Below are positions 38,975 to 48,995 of a stretch of 64,000 nucleotides of DNA, one piece after another. How positions within the stretch are numbered: position 1 is the first letter of the stretch; each line of letters starts with the position of its first letter. Under the pieces are notes generated by a model. The model was not told where the DNA came from and made no database searches. It worked only from the letters and a program-made list of their open reading frames with translations. Source of the DNA: an uncultured Oscillospiraceae bacterium (GTDB lineage Bacteria; Bacillota; Clostridia; Oscillospirales; QAMX01); contig CAYWVF010000006.1 in NCBI GenBank assembly GCA_964461815.1, positions 22,391 to 86,390 of the forward strand. Direction: 5' to 3'. The translations under genes and the position numbers were made by a program.

Positions 38975-39671
38975 GTCTTCTGCTGCCTCCAAACAATAAT
39001 ATAAGTCTGAGCATCTGCATTACAGCCATGAGCAGTGATGCCAGATACGTCATTGCCGCCGCACTCAGTACCTTTTTCGCACCTGGTATCTCATCCGGCA
39101 TCAGTGATCCTGTTTCATCAAGCGCAGCTATCGCACGTCTTGACGCATTATACTCTACCGGCAGTGTTATAAGCTGAAAGGCTACTACCGCACCGAACAG
39201 CACGATACCGAAGGTCGCCAGCATTTCGGAATTAAAAACAAGCCCGAGCAATATCATCGGCCATGACAGGTATGAACCTATCTTTGTCACCGGGATGATC
39301 ACGCTTCGTATACGCATAGGTGTATAGTCGCAATCATTTTGTACCGCATGTCCTGCCTCGTGAGCAGCTACACCTATCGCAGCAACAGACGTCGAGTTAA
39401 ATACATTTTCCGACAATCGGATAGTATTTGACTTCGGATCAAAATGATCGGTAAGGTTTCCTGCCACAGGCTCTATGGCTACATCGTATATTCCGTTCAT
39501 CTCCAAGACCTTTCGTGCAGCCTGCGCACCCGTCAAGCCTTTATACGAGTAGACTTTTGAATACCTATTGAACGTTCCGGATACTCTGACCTGCGCCCAT
39601 AATGAGATCAAGATCGCCGGCAGGATCAAAACGATATAATAAAAATCAAATCCATAATAATAAGACGGCAT
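38967..39671 (-). CDS. Zinc metallopeptidase, YugP-like
   Basis: LTDHFDP, AAHEAGHAVQ, TLPVEYNAS, AAAMTY. Confidence 0.9.
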   Translation of the reverse strand: MPSYYYGFDFYYIVLILPAILISLWAQVRVSGTFNRYSKVYSYKGLTGAQAARKVLEMNGIYDVAIEPVAGNLTDHFDPKSNTIRLSENVFNSTSVAAIGVAAHEAGHAVQNDCDYTPMRIRSVIIPVTKIGSYLSWPMILLGLVFNSEMLATFGIVLFGAVVAFQLITLPVEYNASRRAIAALDETGSLMPDEIPGAKKVLSAAAMTYLASLLMAVMQMLRLILLFGGSRRRD

Positions 39672-39683
39672 AATATTCCTTTC

Positions 39684-40616
39684 TTATTTCAGATCGAAGC
39701 ACTTCGGAAGCTCATGTCCTCTGCAATAGTCCTCAGCATTCATTCTTCTGCTTCCCGGTGCCTGTATCTGTTCTATTCTTACAGCCTCACCTGCTCCGCA
39801 GGCTACTACAATGCCTCCCTTACCGGCACTAATCACCGTACCGGGTGCTGCGCACTCGCTTATATCGCACTTGTGTACATCAAACAGCTTATACGTATCG
39901 GCTCCGCATTTTGTAAACGCACCGGGCCACGGATACGTACCTCTGACGAGGTTGATTATACTGCCGGAATCTCTATTCCAATCTATCTGTGCATCCTCTT
40001 TTTTCAGCATCGGTGCATATGTGGCTTTATCATGCTCCTGCGGTGTTCTTGCAAGCTTGCCATTCTCGATAAGCTCCACCGTTTTCAGTATAATGTCCGC
40101 ACCGAGCTTAGACAGCTCATCATGAACATCACTTGCAGTGTCCGTAGCCTTTATCACATATTCTGCCTGCTGTATTATATCTCCTGCGTCAAGCTCTCGT
40201 GCCATATACATAGTCGTAACTCCGGTCTTTTCCTCACCGTTTATCACCGACCACTGTATCGGAGCCGCACCTCTGTATTTAGGAAGAAGCGATGCGTGAA
40301 TATTGATGCATCCATGCTTTGCACTGCGAAGTGCGTAGCCCGGAAGCAATCTGCCGTAAGCCGCAACAACGATCAATTCGGGTGACAGCTTTTCAAGCAG
40401 CTCTTTTTGTGAACCCTCTCTGAAGGTTTCAGGCTGATACACAGGGATATCATGCTTTACCGCACATTCCTTTACAGGTGAAAAGGTCATTTTCATTCCT
40501 CTGTTTTTCGGTCTGTCAGGCTGAGTAAACACAGCGATAACGTCATGACCGGCTTCGATAAGTGCTTCAAGCGGAGCTACAGCGAACTCCGGTGTACCCA
40601 TATATACAATCTTCAT
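39684..40616 (-). CDS. fmt: Methionyl-tRNA formyltransferase
   Basis: YMGTPEFA, TQPDRP, NIHASLLPKYRGAAPI. Confidence 0.97.
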   Translation of the reverse strand: MKIVYMGTPEFAVAPLEALIEAGHDVIAVFTQPDRPKNRGMKMTFSPVKECAVKHDIPVYQPETFREGSQKELLEKLSPELIVVAAYGRLLPGYALRSAKHGCINIHASLLPKYRGAAPIQWSVINGEEKTGVTTMYMARELDAGDIIQQAEYVIKATDTASDVHDELSKLGADIILKTVELIENGKLARTPQEHDKATYAPMLKKEDAQIDWNRDSGSIINLVRGTYPWPGAFTKCGADTYKLFDVHKCDISECAAPGTVISAGKGGIVVACGAGEAVRIEQIQAPGSRRMNAEDYCRGHELPKCFDLK

Positions 40617-40633
40617 AAATATTTCGATCCTCT

Positions 40634-41113
40634 TTATCTCTCGTCAGGCTCAAGATATCTTATCACCTTGTCAACAAACAGTACACCATCCAGATGATCC
40701 AGCTCGTGACAAACTATTCTTGCGGCAAAGTCCTTAGCTTTAAGTTCAAACTGTCTGCCGTTTCTGTCATATGCACGTACAACGACCTTTGTCGGACGCT
40801 TTACGATACCGTAAACCTTTGGAACGCTCAAGCATCCCTCTGAGTCCTCAGCCTCGCCCTCAGCACTGATTATCTGAGGATTCACAAGCTCGTATATCTT
40901 GCCCTCTTCAGGCTCGACTACGACAGCCTTACGAAGTATACCCACCTGAGGTGCGGCGATCCCGACTCCGTTCTCCTTATGCATCGTTTCTATCATATCA
41001 TCCAACAGATCTGCAAGCTTTTTATCGAAATTTGTTACGTCTCTGGACTTTTTTCTCAGCAGATCGTCACCTTTTTTTACTATCTTTCTTGTTGCCACGC
41101 TTTTCACATCCAA
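40634..41113 (-). CDS. def: Peptide deformylase
   Basis: GVGIAAPQVG, EGCLS, HELDHLDG. Confidence 0.97.
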   Translation of the reverse strand: MDVKSVATRKIVKKGDDLLRKKSRDVTNFDKKLADLLDDMIETMHKENGVGIAAPQVGILRKAVVVEPEEGKIYELVNPQIISAEGEAEDSEGCLSVPKVYGIVKRPTKVVVRAYDRNGRQFELKAKDFAARIVCHELDHLDGVLFVDKVIRYLEPDER

Positions 41114-41117
41114 TTTT

Positions 41118-43583
41118 TTAGTAGTATATATCTATATAGACGCTTACCTTTCTGTTCCTGTTAGCTTCAATCAGCACAGTCTCCGCCATATCGTGAAGCT
41201 GTGCATTGTCATGAAGTCTCAGCGTTACTATATATCTGTATCTGTTATTCAGTTTAAAAATCTCTGCCGGTGCAGGTCCTAACACTTCCACATAATGCTC
41301 ACTGTATCTTTCACGACAAATCGATTGCAGCATAGCCTTTAAATCATTTGCCGCAGATATTACATCAGTCACTGTAAGCCCCGAAACCGTCAGCCGCCAC
41401 AAATTGTAAAACGGAGGCAGCTTCAACGCTCTGCGCTGCTGTAGCTCAGACTCATAAAAAGCCCAGAAATCCTGTTTCTGTGCAGCTTTTATAACATTAT
41501 TTTCCGGAGTCATCGTCTGTATTACAGCGCAGCCCTTTTTCATTCTTCGTCCCGAGCGTCCCACCACCTGCATAATCAATGCAAATGCCTGCTCCGAGCC
41601 CTTATAATCGCCTGTATACAGCATCATATCAGCATCCAGTACGCCCGAAAGCGTGACATTTTCGAAGTCCAGACCCTTTGCGATCATCTGAGTACCGATG
41701 AGCACATCAGCCTCACCGTTTCCAAATCTTTCAAGCAGCTTACGATGAGAATCCTTACGCATCGTTGAATCCGAGTCCATTCGTATGACTCTGACTCCCG
41801 GAAGCTTTTCCTCTAGCTCACGCTCTGCCTCCTGCGTTCCGATCCCTATCTGCTCCATATATCTGCTGCCGCACTGTGGACACTCTCTGAGCATTGGCTC
41901 GGAGTATCCGCATTGATGGCACATCATCCTGCCGTTTTCGCTATGATATGCAAGTGACACACTACAGCTTTCACATGACGGAACATAACCGCATTCCATG
42001 CATCTGAGTGATTTGCTCGTACCTCTCCTGTTCAGCATCAGTACAGCCTGGCAGCCTTGCTCTACAGACTCAGTCGTGAGCTTAAGAAGCTCAGGTCCGA
42101 ATGCGCCGGTATATCCACTGCTGAACGCACTACGCATATCCGAAACCAGTACCTCAGGCAGTGTTGCTTCGCCGTAACGGTTCTCCATAGAAAAGAATGC
42201 ATATTCTCCGACTCTGGCACGATATGCGCTATCCATAGATGGAGTGGCTGAGCCTAACAGAAGAAGTGCATTATTTTTGTAGCAAATGTATTTTGCCACA
42301 TCTCTGGCATGATACCTCGGCGGCTCGTCCGATCTGAACGTATGCTCATGCTCCTCGTCTATGACTACCAGTCCTATATTCTTTAGCGGAGCAAATACAG
42401 CTGACCTCGTTCCGATAACCACACGAGCCTTCCCCTCACGTATTCTCTTCCACTCGTCATAACGCTCTCCCACAGATAGCGCACTGTGCATAACTGCAAC
42501 GCAGTCACCGAACTCGGCATAAAATCGTGTCACCATCTGAGGTGTCAGTGAAATTTCAGGTACAAGCATCATTGCCGTTTTACCGATACTCAGTACATAC
42601 TCGATAAGCTTTATATATACATGTGTTTTTCCGCTTCCCGTAACTCCGAAAAGCAATGCTGTACCTGTTTTTCCAGATTCAAGGTACGATTTTAACCCCG
42701 AATACGCCTTTTTCTGACTTTCATTCAGCTCTGTTTTAACTTTATCTATTTTTGAAAATTCAGGTCTTCTGAAGACCTCGATCTGAGCCTGAGCCAACAA
42801 GCCCTTGCGTAAAAGTGACTTTACAGGACTGTCGCTCACGCCGGTATAATACATTATTTCCTTTGCCGTCGCACCATTGCTTGTATAAAGGAATTCAAGC
42901 ACCTTTTTCTGTGCCGCATTCTTGCATTCGCACACACCGTTATCGAAAAGCTCATATGCATCTTCCGATAAACTCAGTATTTTCGCTGTTTTGTCCTTTA
43001 CCGATGTATCTGCCTCGACAACGCACGATACATAGCCCTTTGCTACCAATGCTTTCAGCGTTTTCTCGGAAAACATTGGTGTCATCGTCTCCAGCTCCTG
43101 AAAGCTCATCGGATCACGAGATGATCTCAGCACCTCCATAAGTGCGAGCTCCTCTATACTAACTTCGTTCTCCGATTCAAATTTCAATATACCGCCGTTC
43201 AGTGCGTATCTTACATGCAGCTTATACCATATTCCGGCAGGCAGCATCGCCCGTACTATGCTGTAATACGTACAATGCAATCTGCGGCGAAGATGTGCAG
43301 CCAGCTTTATTGAATCCTCATCCAATACAGGCTCATTATCCAGTACACTTCCGATAAACTTGAGCTTTATGCTTTCATTTTTCGGTTCATCCATTATCAT
43401 CAACACTATAGCCTCACGCATAGTGTTTCCCTTACCAAAAGGAACGGCTACACGCATACCCGGTCTGAGGCTTTTCCACTGCTCATATTCCGCAAAATAA
43501 TCATACAGCCTGTCTGCACTCAGATTTATTCCGTCTATTGCAACACGTATAACCTTTCTCTCAAGCCTTGATGCTTCCGGCAT
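41118..43583 (-). CDS. priA: Primosomal protein N' (replication restart helicase)
   Basis: GVTGSGKT, DEEH, SAT, four CxxC pairs, GTQMIAKGLDF, QVVGRSGR. Confidence 0.96.
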   Translation of the reverse strand: MPEASRLERKVIRVAIDGINLSADRLYDYFAEYEQWKSLRPGMRVAVPFGKGNTMREAIVLMIMDEPKNESIKLKFIGSVLDNEPVLDEDSIKLAAHLRRRLHCTYYSIVRAMLPAGIWYKLHVRYALNGGILKFESENEVSIEELALMEVLRSSRDPMSFQELETMTPMFSEKTLKALVAKGYVSCVVEADTSVKDKTAKILSLSEDAYELFDNGVCECKNAAQKKVLEFLYTSNGATAKEIMYYTGVSDSPVKSLLRKGLLAQAQIEVFRRPEFSKIDKVKTELNESQKKAYSGLKSYLESGKTGTALLFGVTGSGKTHVYIKLIEYVLSIGKTAMMLVPEISLTPQMVTRFYAEFGDCVAVMHSALSVGERYDEWKRIREGKARVVIGTRSAVFAPLKNIGLVVIDEEHEHTFRSDEPPRYHARDVAKYICYKNNALLLLGSATPSMDSAYRARVGEYAFFSMENRYGEATLPEVLVSDMRSAFSSGYTGAFGPELLKLTTESVEQGCQAVLMLNRRGTSKSLRCMECGYVPSCESCSVSLAYHSENGRMMCHQCGYSEPMLRECPQCGSRYMEQIGIGTQEAERELEEKLPGVRVIRMDSDSTMRKDSHRKLLERFGNGEADVLIGTQMIAKGLDFENVTLSGVLDADMMLYTGDYKGSEQAFALIMQVVGRSGRRMKKGCAVIQTMTPENNVIKAAQKQDFWAFYESELQQRRALKLPPFYNLWRLTVSGLTVTDVISAANDLKAMLQSICRERYSEHYVEVLGPAPAEIFKLNNRYRYIVTLRLHDNAQLHDMAETVLIEANRNRKVSVYIDIYY

Positions 43584-43589
43584 TACGGC

Positions 43590-43820
43590 TTACTCCGCAC
43601 TGTTTTCACTCTCGGACTCAGCTTCATTTGTTTCGGGAACTACTTTAACTCTTCCCGCTGCTATCTCACGCATTGCAAGCGTTACGGGCTTATCCTCGAG
43701 TGATACCATATTATCCTCTGCATCCTGCGATATCTTACGTGCTACCTGTGCAGTCACGTTTACCATAAGGTATCTGTTTTTTATATTCTTTAAAAGGTCA
43801 TTCATAGAAGGATTAAGCAT
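43590..43820 (-). CDS. rpoZ: RNA polymerase omega subunit
   Basis: MLNPS, NRY...AR, KPVTLAMREI; follows gmk. Confidence 0.9.
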   Translation of the reverse strand: MLNPSMNDLLKNIKNRYLMVNVTAQVARKISQDAEDNMVSLEDKPVTLAMREIAAGRVKVVPETNEAESESENSAE

Positions 43821-43827
43821 TTTTTAG

Positions 43828-44397
43828 TTACTCCTTATTTATTTTTATATTATTTATTATATCGCAAATCCTGTTTGCGGCGCACTCTACCTCATCGTTT
43901 ACTACCTGATAGTCAAACTCATCCGCACACGTCAACTCATACTCGGCTCTCTTCAGCCTGTTTATGATCTTCTCCTCCGTCTCGGTTCCTCTTCCTCGAA
44001 GTCTTCTTGCAAGCTCCTCGGTAGACGGCGGCAGTATGAATATCAGCACTGCCTCAGGCATTGCACGTTTGATCTGACGTGCTCCCTCAAGCTCGATCTC
44101 AAGCAGAACATCATGTCCTGCTTCAAGCTCAGCTTCGACCGGAGCTCTCGGTGTGCCGTAGCTTGAGCTGACATAGGTTGCATGCTCAAGCAGCTCATTA
44201 TTTTCCACCATGTCGTCAAATTTCTGCTTTGTTATGAAGCAGTAATTTACACCGTCGATCTCGCCGTCTCTCGGTGCTCTTGTCGTAACACTCACGGAGA
44301 AGTAAAACTCTCTCATCGTTTTCAGCAGTGAGACTACAGTACCCTTACCTACGCCGGACGGCCCACATACTACTATCAATTTTCCACGTTCACTCAT
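43828..44397 (-). CDS. gmk: Guanylate kinase
   Basis: GPSGVGKGT, TTRAPRDGE.DG..Y, YGT, FILPPS. Confidence 0.96.
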   Translation of the reverse strand: MSERGKLIVVCGPSGVGKGTVVSLLKTMREFYFSVSVTTRAPRDGEIDGVNYCFITKQKFDDMVENNELLEHATYVSSSYGTPRAPVEAELEAGHDVLLEIELEGARQIKRAMPEAVLIFILPPSTEELARRLRGRGTETEEKIINRLKRAEYELTCADEFDYQVVNDEVECAANRICDIINNIKINKE

Positions 44398-44401
44398 CAG
44401 C

Positions 44402-44677
44402 TCAGACCTCTTCTTCCTCTTCATCGGGATCGTTATCACCGTCACGGTCATAAAGCCTGTTAGCTACCGTCTCCGGGTGTATAGCAGAGAGAACCACGTG
44501 ATCGCTGTCCATAACTATGACAGCACGAGTTCTTCTTCCGTATGTAGCATCGATCAGCACGCCCTTGTCACGTGCTTCCTGAATTATACGCTTTATCGGC
44601 GCCGATTCGGGACTCACTATAGCTACGAGCCGACTCGCCGACACCATATTTCCAAATCCTATATTTATAAGCTTCAT
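44402..44677 (-). CDS. remA: RemA (DUF370) regulator
   Basis: [10 protein letters not shown]...SPESAPIKR...[11 protein letters not shown]. Confidence 0.92.
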   Translation of the reverse strand: MKLINIGFGNMVSASRLVAIVSPESAPIKRIIQEARDKGVLIDATYGRRTRAVIVMDSDHVVLSAIHPETVANRLYDRDGDNDPDEEEEEV

Positions 44678-44701
44678 TATATCCTCCACATAAGAATACG
44701 A

Positions 44702-45580
44702 CTACTCTATATTCTGAACCTGCTCCCTGATCTTCTCGATCTCTGCCTTGATCTCAAGCACATAATTTGTGATCGTGATATCGGAGCACTTCGAACCAAT
44801 GGTATTTGTTTCACGATTAAACTCTTGTACAAGAAAATCGAGCTTTCTTCCCACAGGCTCATCCGCTTCAAGTATTGTCTTGAGCTGAGCGATATGACTC
44901 TTCAACCTGACTATCTCCTCATCAACGGCACATCTGTCTGCAAAAATTGCGGTCTCGGTAAGCAGCCTTGTCTCATCATACTGAGCACCGTTCAGAAGCT
45001 CTCTTATATTCTCCTCGAGCTTAGCTCTGTAATCCCTTACGCTTTCCGGAGCACGGAGCTCTATCGCATCAACACGCTCACTTATCGTTTCCGCTCTGCT
45101 TCTGATATCATCCTTCATTTTTTCGCCTTCACGTATACGCATTGCATTGAAATCCTCAAGTGCAGCCTTCAATACACTCAATACGTCAGCCGTCAGCTTA
45201 TCTGCATCAAGCTCGGCTCTTTCAAGCTCGATTACATCTGGGAATCTGGCAAGAGATGTGACTGAAATATCGTCCTTTAAATTATATTCGGCGCACATTT
45301 CTCTTAAGCCGTTCAGATATGCCTCGAAAACATTCTTATTCACCTTTACAACGGTATCGTCAGAGCCGGAATTATCTATTGTTACAAATATATCGATCTT
45401 TCCTCTGGATGCAATACCGGCAGCTGCCTTTTTTACCGGATCCTCCAGGAACATATACTGTCTGCCTGCTTTCACCGTACAGTCAAAATATCTGTGGTTT
45501 ACGCTTTTCAGCTCCACTGTGATATTTACTCCGTCGAAAATATCCGAAGCTCTGCCATAGCCTGTCATACTCTTTATCAT
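44702..45580 (-). CDS. yloC: YicC/YloC family endoribonuclease
   Basis: SMTGYG, SVNHRY, GRKLDFLVQEFNRETNTIGSK, REQVQNIE. Confidence 0.93.
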   Translation of the reverse strand: MIKSMTGYGRASDIFDGVNITVELKSVNHRYFDCTVKAGRQYMFLEDPVKKAAAGIASRGKIDIFVTIDNSGSDDTVVKVNKNVFEAYLNGLREMCAEYNLKDDISVTSLARFPDVIELERAELDADKLTADVLSVLKAALEDFNAMRIREGEKMKDDIRSRAETISERVDAIELRAPESVRDYRAKLEENIRELLNGAQYDETRLLTETAIFADRCAVDEEIVRLKSHIAQLKTILEADEPVGRKLDFLVQEFNRETNTIGSKCSDITITNYVLEIKAEIEKIREQVQNIE

Positions 45581-45631
45581 TATATCAGCACGATCCTTTC
45601 GTATTATAAACATTTTCAGAATGCGGAAAAC

Positions 45632-46159
45632 TTAGTTTCTGTTACCGCTATTATACAAATGTCTTCTGAGTCTCTGCATGTAATATGTAATAAGCTTAGT
45701 CAGTCCGATATCATATACCGCAAATGCTGCACTTCCGACGACTATCAGCACCCAAAGCACAGGGAAGCTCTCCGGTATAAACTCCGTAAAAAGCTTTATC
45801 ATCAAAAAATACATTGCAACAACGGATACATTAAATATCGCAAGCTTTATTATCCATTCTGGTATCAGCTTTCCTATTCTCTCTATCAAGCTTTTGACGA
45901 TTGGGTAATGTCCGAAAAAGGCGGTAAACATAAGCACGTTTCCCTTATCAGGCACGATCAAAAACGAGAGCAGCACAGTTATAGCGTAGCATACCGACGC
46001 ATATTTTACTCCGCATTCGATGACCGGGATAAACATTATCACTCCTGCCACGGCTACAAATGTAAGTCTCACGGTCGGCATGATGCTTGATGCATACAAA
46101 AATACTATCGCAAGTGCCGAAATTATTGCAGGTAAAGTTATTTTTATATTTTTATTCAT
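45632..46159 (-). CDS. Hypothetical membrane protein, about 5-6 TM
   Basis: Hydrophobic ORF with FFGHYPIVKSLIE and YDI motifs; co-oriented within the operon. Confidence 0.75.
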   Translation of the reverse strand: MNKNIKITLPAIISALAIVFLYASSIMPTVRLTFVAVAGVIMFIPVIECGVKYASVCYAITVLLSFLIVPDKGNVLMFTAFFGHYPIVKSLIERIGKLIPEWIIKLAIFNVSVVAMYFLMIKLFTEFIPESFPVLWVLIVVGSAAFAVYDIGLTKLITYYMQRLRRHLYNSGNRN

Positions 46160-46171
46160 CCTATACCTATC

Positions 46172-46789
46172 CTAGCAGCAAGGTATGAGATCTCCGCCCA
46201 TACACTCACAGCAGCAGTCAGCACATATGAGTGAGCTACAGCAGTCGCACGTACTCATACCATTTATATTACCGTTTTGACGGTATTGCATTCCCATATT
46301 ATTTAAGCTTGCCAATGCATTTCTATATTCAAGGTTTCCCGGCTCCATATTTACAGCCGTCTGGAGATAGCTTCTCGCCTCATCGTACCATCCGCGCTTA
46401 ACGTTCAGACTTCCCATAAGGAAATACCATTCTGCATTGTGATTTGACGAAGCATTGAGCATCTGCTCTGCCGCATCAAGGTTTCCCATCATTATCAGCT
46501 GTCTGACTCTGCTGTATCCGGATGAGCTGCCGTAGCCCGTATAGGATGAACCACCGCTCCTGCCATATGAAGAGCCTCCATATGATGATGTGCTTCCCTG
46601 ACCGCTTCTCTCCTTCATTATCAAATCGTACGCCTCGTTGATCTCCTTCATCTTTTCCTGTGCGAGATCGGCAAGGGGATTATTTACATAATTATCGGGA
46701 TGATACTTGCGTGCAAGATCTCGATATGCCTTTTTTATCTCATCATCAGTCGAATTTCTCGAAACTCCCAATACTTTATATGGATCCAT
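46172..46789 (-). CDS. J-domain protein with TPR-like repeat and Cys-rich C-terminus
   Basis: DPYKVLGV...KYHPD J-domain; G/S/Y linker; AEWYFL...A...EPGN.EY TPR; CDCC...CADCCCEC...CC tail. Confidence 0.88.
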   Translation of the reverse strand: MDPYKVLGVSRNSTDDEIKKAYRDLARKYHPDNYVNNPLADLAQEKMKEINEAYDLIMKERSGQGSTSSYGGSSYGRSGGSSYTGYGSSSGYSRVRQLIMMGNLDAAEQMLNASSNHNAEWYFLMGSLNVKRGWYDEARSYLQTAVNMEPGNLEYRNALASLNNMGMQYRQNGNINGMSTCDCCSSLICADCCCECMGGDLIPCC

Positions 46790-46809
46790 TAATTTCCTCT
46801 TTCCTGGTA

Positions 46810-47682
46810 TTATAGTCTGTTTATACTGTTTTTCTTATCCCTACACTTCGTCATCACTTCATTCGTCACTGCAGGGAGACCCAAATATATAATGTTTTTC
46901 AGTACCGCATCATACGATTTTACGTTCATCAACTCATATGATGCTGCGATCGACGCTTGCGACATCTCCAAGGTCTTGTTGATCGTATCACTCAGCTCCG
47001 CTTTATCCATATCACCGTATCTGAGCAGGATCGGATTATATGTACCGTTTTCACGATCCTCTTCCATATCGTCATATGCATCAAGTATATATATCCATCT
47101 TCCGAGCTGTCTCAATATCTCACGCACGATCCTTTCATTCAGAGGATCGTCACATATAAGAGACATCATTTCCATTGAGTCCGAAAACGCAGCTGCCGCC
47201 CTGTCAATAGATCGTTCCTTTCCGGCTTCAAGCTCACTTAGCTTCTTCAGTCCCTTTTCCGCACTTTCCGCAAGCTCAGGTCTGTACGACACGGCTCTTT
47301 TATATTTACCTTTCACCAAAAAGGCACATATTCTGTATATAATACATTTTAACCCTTTGTTATCGTTTATACCGTCTTTAAACTTCAAATATGTAAATAA
47401 TATACTTGCATCTGCCGCAAATTCAAGCTCAGGTGTAATGCTTATGCAGCTCTTTTTTTTGAAGGGTGACACTATGCAGCGTTTTTCGCATCGCTCACAC
47501 GTGCTTCCGTTTGCTCCGACTGCTATCATTGCAAGAAAGCACATATCAAATGTCAATGAAAGCCTCATCAGCAGTCCATAGCGTTTCCCGATCGCATGGC
47601 ATAATCCGCAATATATTGCTCTGAACGACTCAAAATCCTTGATCTTGAGCTCAGGCTTAAATGGTCTTACATATCCGGTCAT
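46810..47682 (-). CDS. DUF5685-like uncharacterised protein
   Basis: [33 protein letters not shown]...G.YNP, NIIYLG. Confidence 0.75.
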   Translation of the reverse strand: MTGYVRPFKPELKIKDFESFRAIYCGLCHAIGKRYGLLMRLSLTFDMCFLAMIAVGANGSTCERCEKRCIVSPFKKKSCISITPELEFAADASILFTYLKFKDGINDNKGLKCIIYRICAFLVKGKYKRAVSYRPELAESAEKGLKKLSELEAGKERSIDRAAAAFSDSMEMMSLICDDPLNERIVREILRQLGRWIYILDAYDDMEEDRENGTYNPILLRYGDMDKAELSDTINKTLEMSQASIAASYELMNVKSYDAVLKNIIYLGLPAVTNEVMTKCRDKKNSINRL

Positions 47683-47723
47683 TCTATAGTGCTTTCTCCG
47701 ATAATTTCTTAATACTCATCCTA

Positions 47724-48995
47724 CTAACGAGCATTGATACCGATCCCCGAATCATTAAAAGTATCCTCACGTTCGCTCGTCTCTATTATTATGCTGTATG
47801 TTCCGAGAACAGCCGCATCTTCCACCGATTCGTCAAGTACCGCCTCAGCCGATACTATCTGGTGACCGTTTATCAGCTTCTTTCCTGCAAGGTCAGCAAC
47901 GAGCTTTATATCATCCGTCGTCAATGACTTGAGCTCATCCTTGTGACCTCGTACCGTGACAACTATCGATATGCTCTGAACCTCTACATCCATATTTTCC
48001 GGCGGATTCTTTATCTCGATATTATCTACATTAAGCTGCATCGTATCTATATCCTTAAAGGAAATATGATACTCAGCTTCGCTCTCTCCATTTACGGCTT
48101 CAATTCCCTCCGGCAAAGCTATATCAAATTTACCATCGGCAGACAATATGAAATCATCAAGAGATATCTCGCCGAGTACGATCCTTTCGACCTTGTCTAT
48201 ATCTTTTACACTGCCGATAATATCAATACTCTGCGGCTCGATCTTCACAATGGCATCCTCTGCATTTGCACCGGCACCGTTCGTTATTTCGATTTCGAGC
48301 GGTACAGTTTTTACCTTCTGTACCGGGATCTCCATATTAATCTTTTTATCGATCTTTGTTATCGTATTTCCTACGACCTCTTTACCGTCGGCATCCACGA
48401 TCGTATAATCCAGAGCACCGGAATAGGTGTCAGACAATCGTGATGAGTTTACCGATACCTGTGCAGCTGCGGCATTTTCAAGCTCACTTTTTGCACCCGA
48501 TATCGTGACCGTCTTCGGTGCTGTCGTTACCTCTCCGATCCTTATATCATCGCCCAGCTTACCGTCGATCTTCGGCTCGAGGATCACCAATTCCTTTTCA
48601 ATAACATCATCGAGTACTATGTTTATCCTGTTCGGATTCCTGCTCTTAACGACCACCTGATCGATAGCGGAAATATCATACGATACTTTATATTCACCTG
48701 CCGATGTAAATTTGGATATATCGGCACGTATCGTTATATCCTCCTGTGAAACGCCTGTAAGAGCCGCAATAGAGCCGCTCAGTTCCAGGTTGACCTCCTG
48801 TGATGTGTTTCCTATCATTACAAGCCCATGCTTTTCGAGAAGCTCCTGTTGTCCGATAAACTCAATGGGTATACCGTAAAAGTCAACGCTTCGCTCCGGA
48901 TTTTCCGCCTGTATTACAACGAACCACAATATGATCGCAGTAAGTATAGCCACTGCCTTCATCACTACATTATACTTTTTGATCCACTCTATCAT
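47724..48995 (-). CDS. cdaR: CdaR/YbbR-repeat regulator of diadenylate cyclase
   Basis: N-terminal TM (ILWFVV) followed by repeated YbbR-like beta domains; overlaps cdaA (ATGA). Confidence 0.85.
   Translation of the reverse strand: MIEWIKKYNVVMKAVAILTAIILWFVVIQAENPERSVDFYGIPIEFIGQQELLEKHGLVMIGNTSQEVNLELSGSIAALTGVSQEDITIRADISKFTSAGEYKVSYDISAIDQVVVKSRNPNRINIVLDDVIEKELVILEPKIDGKLGDDIRIGEVTTAPKTVTISGAKSELENAAAAQVSVNSSRLSDTYSGALDYTIVDADGKEVVGNTITKIDKKINMEIPVQKVKTVPLEIEITNGAGANAEDAIVKIEPQSIDIIGSVKDIDKVERIVLGEISLDDFILSADGKFDIALPEGIEAVNGESEAEYHISFKDIDTMQLNVDNIEIKNPPENMDVEVQSISIVVTVRGHKDELKSLTTDDIKLVADLAGKKLINGHQIVSAEAVLDESVEDAAVLGTYSIIIETSEREDTFNDSGIGINAR

Noticed and set aside
44477-45265. 262-aa ORF, plus similar ORFs at 24990-25673, 39714-40385, 46892-47581 and 58486-59181
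   Set aside because: All are antisense to well-supported conserved genes, with no independent motifs.
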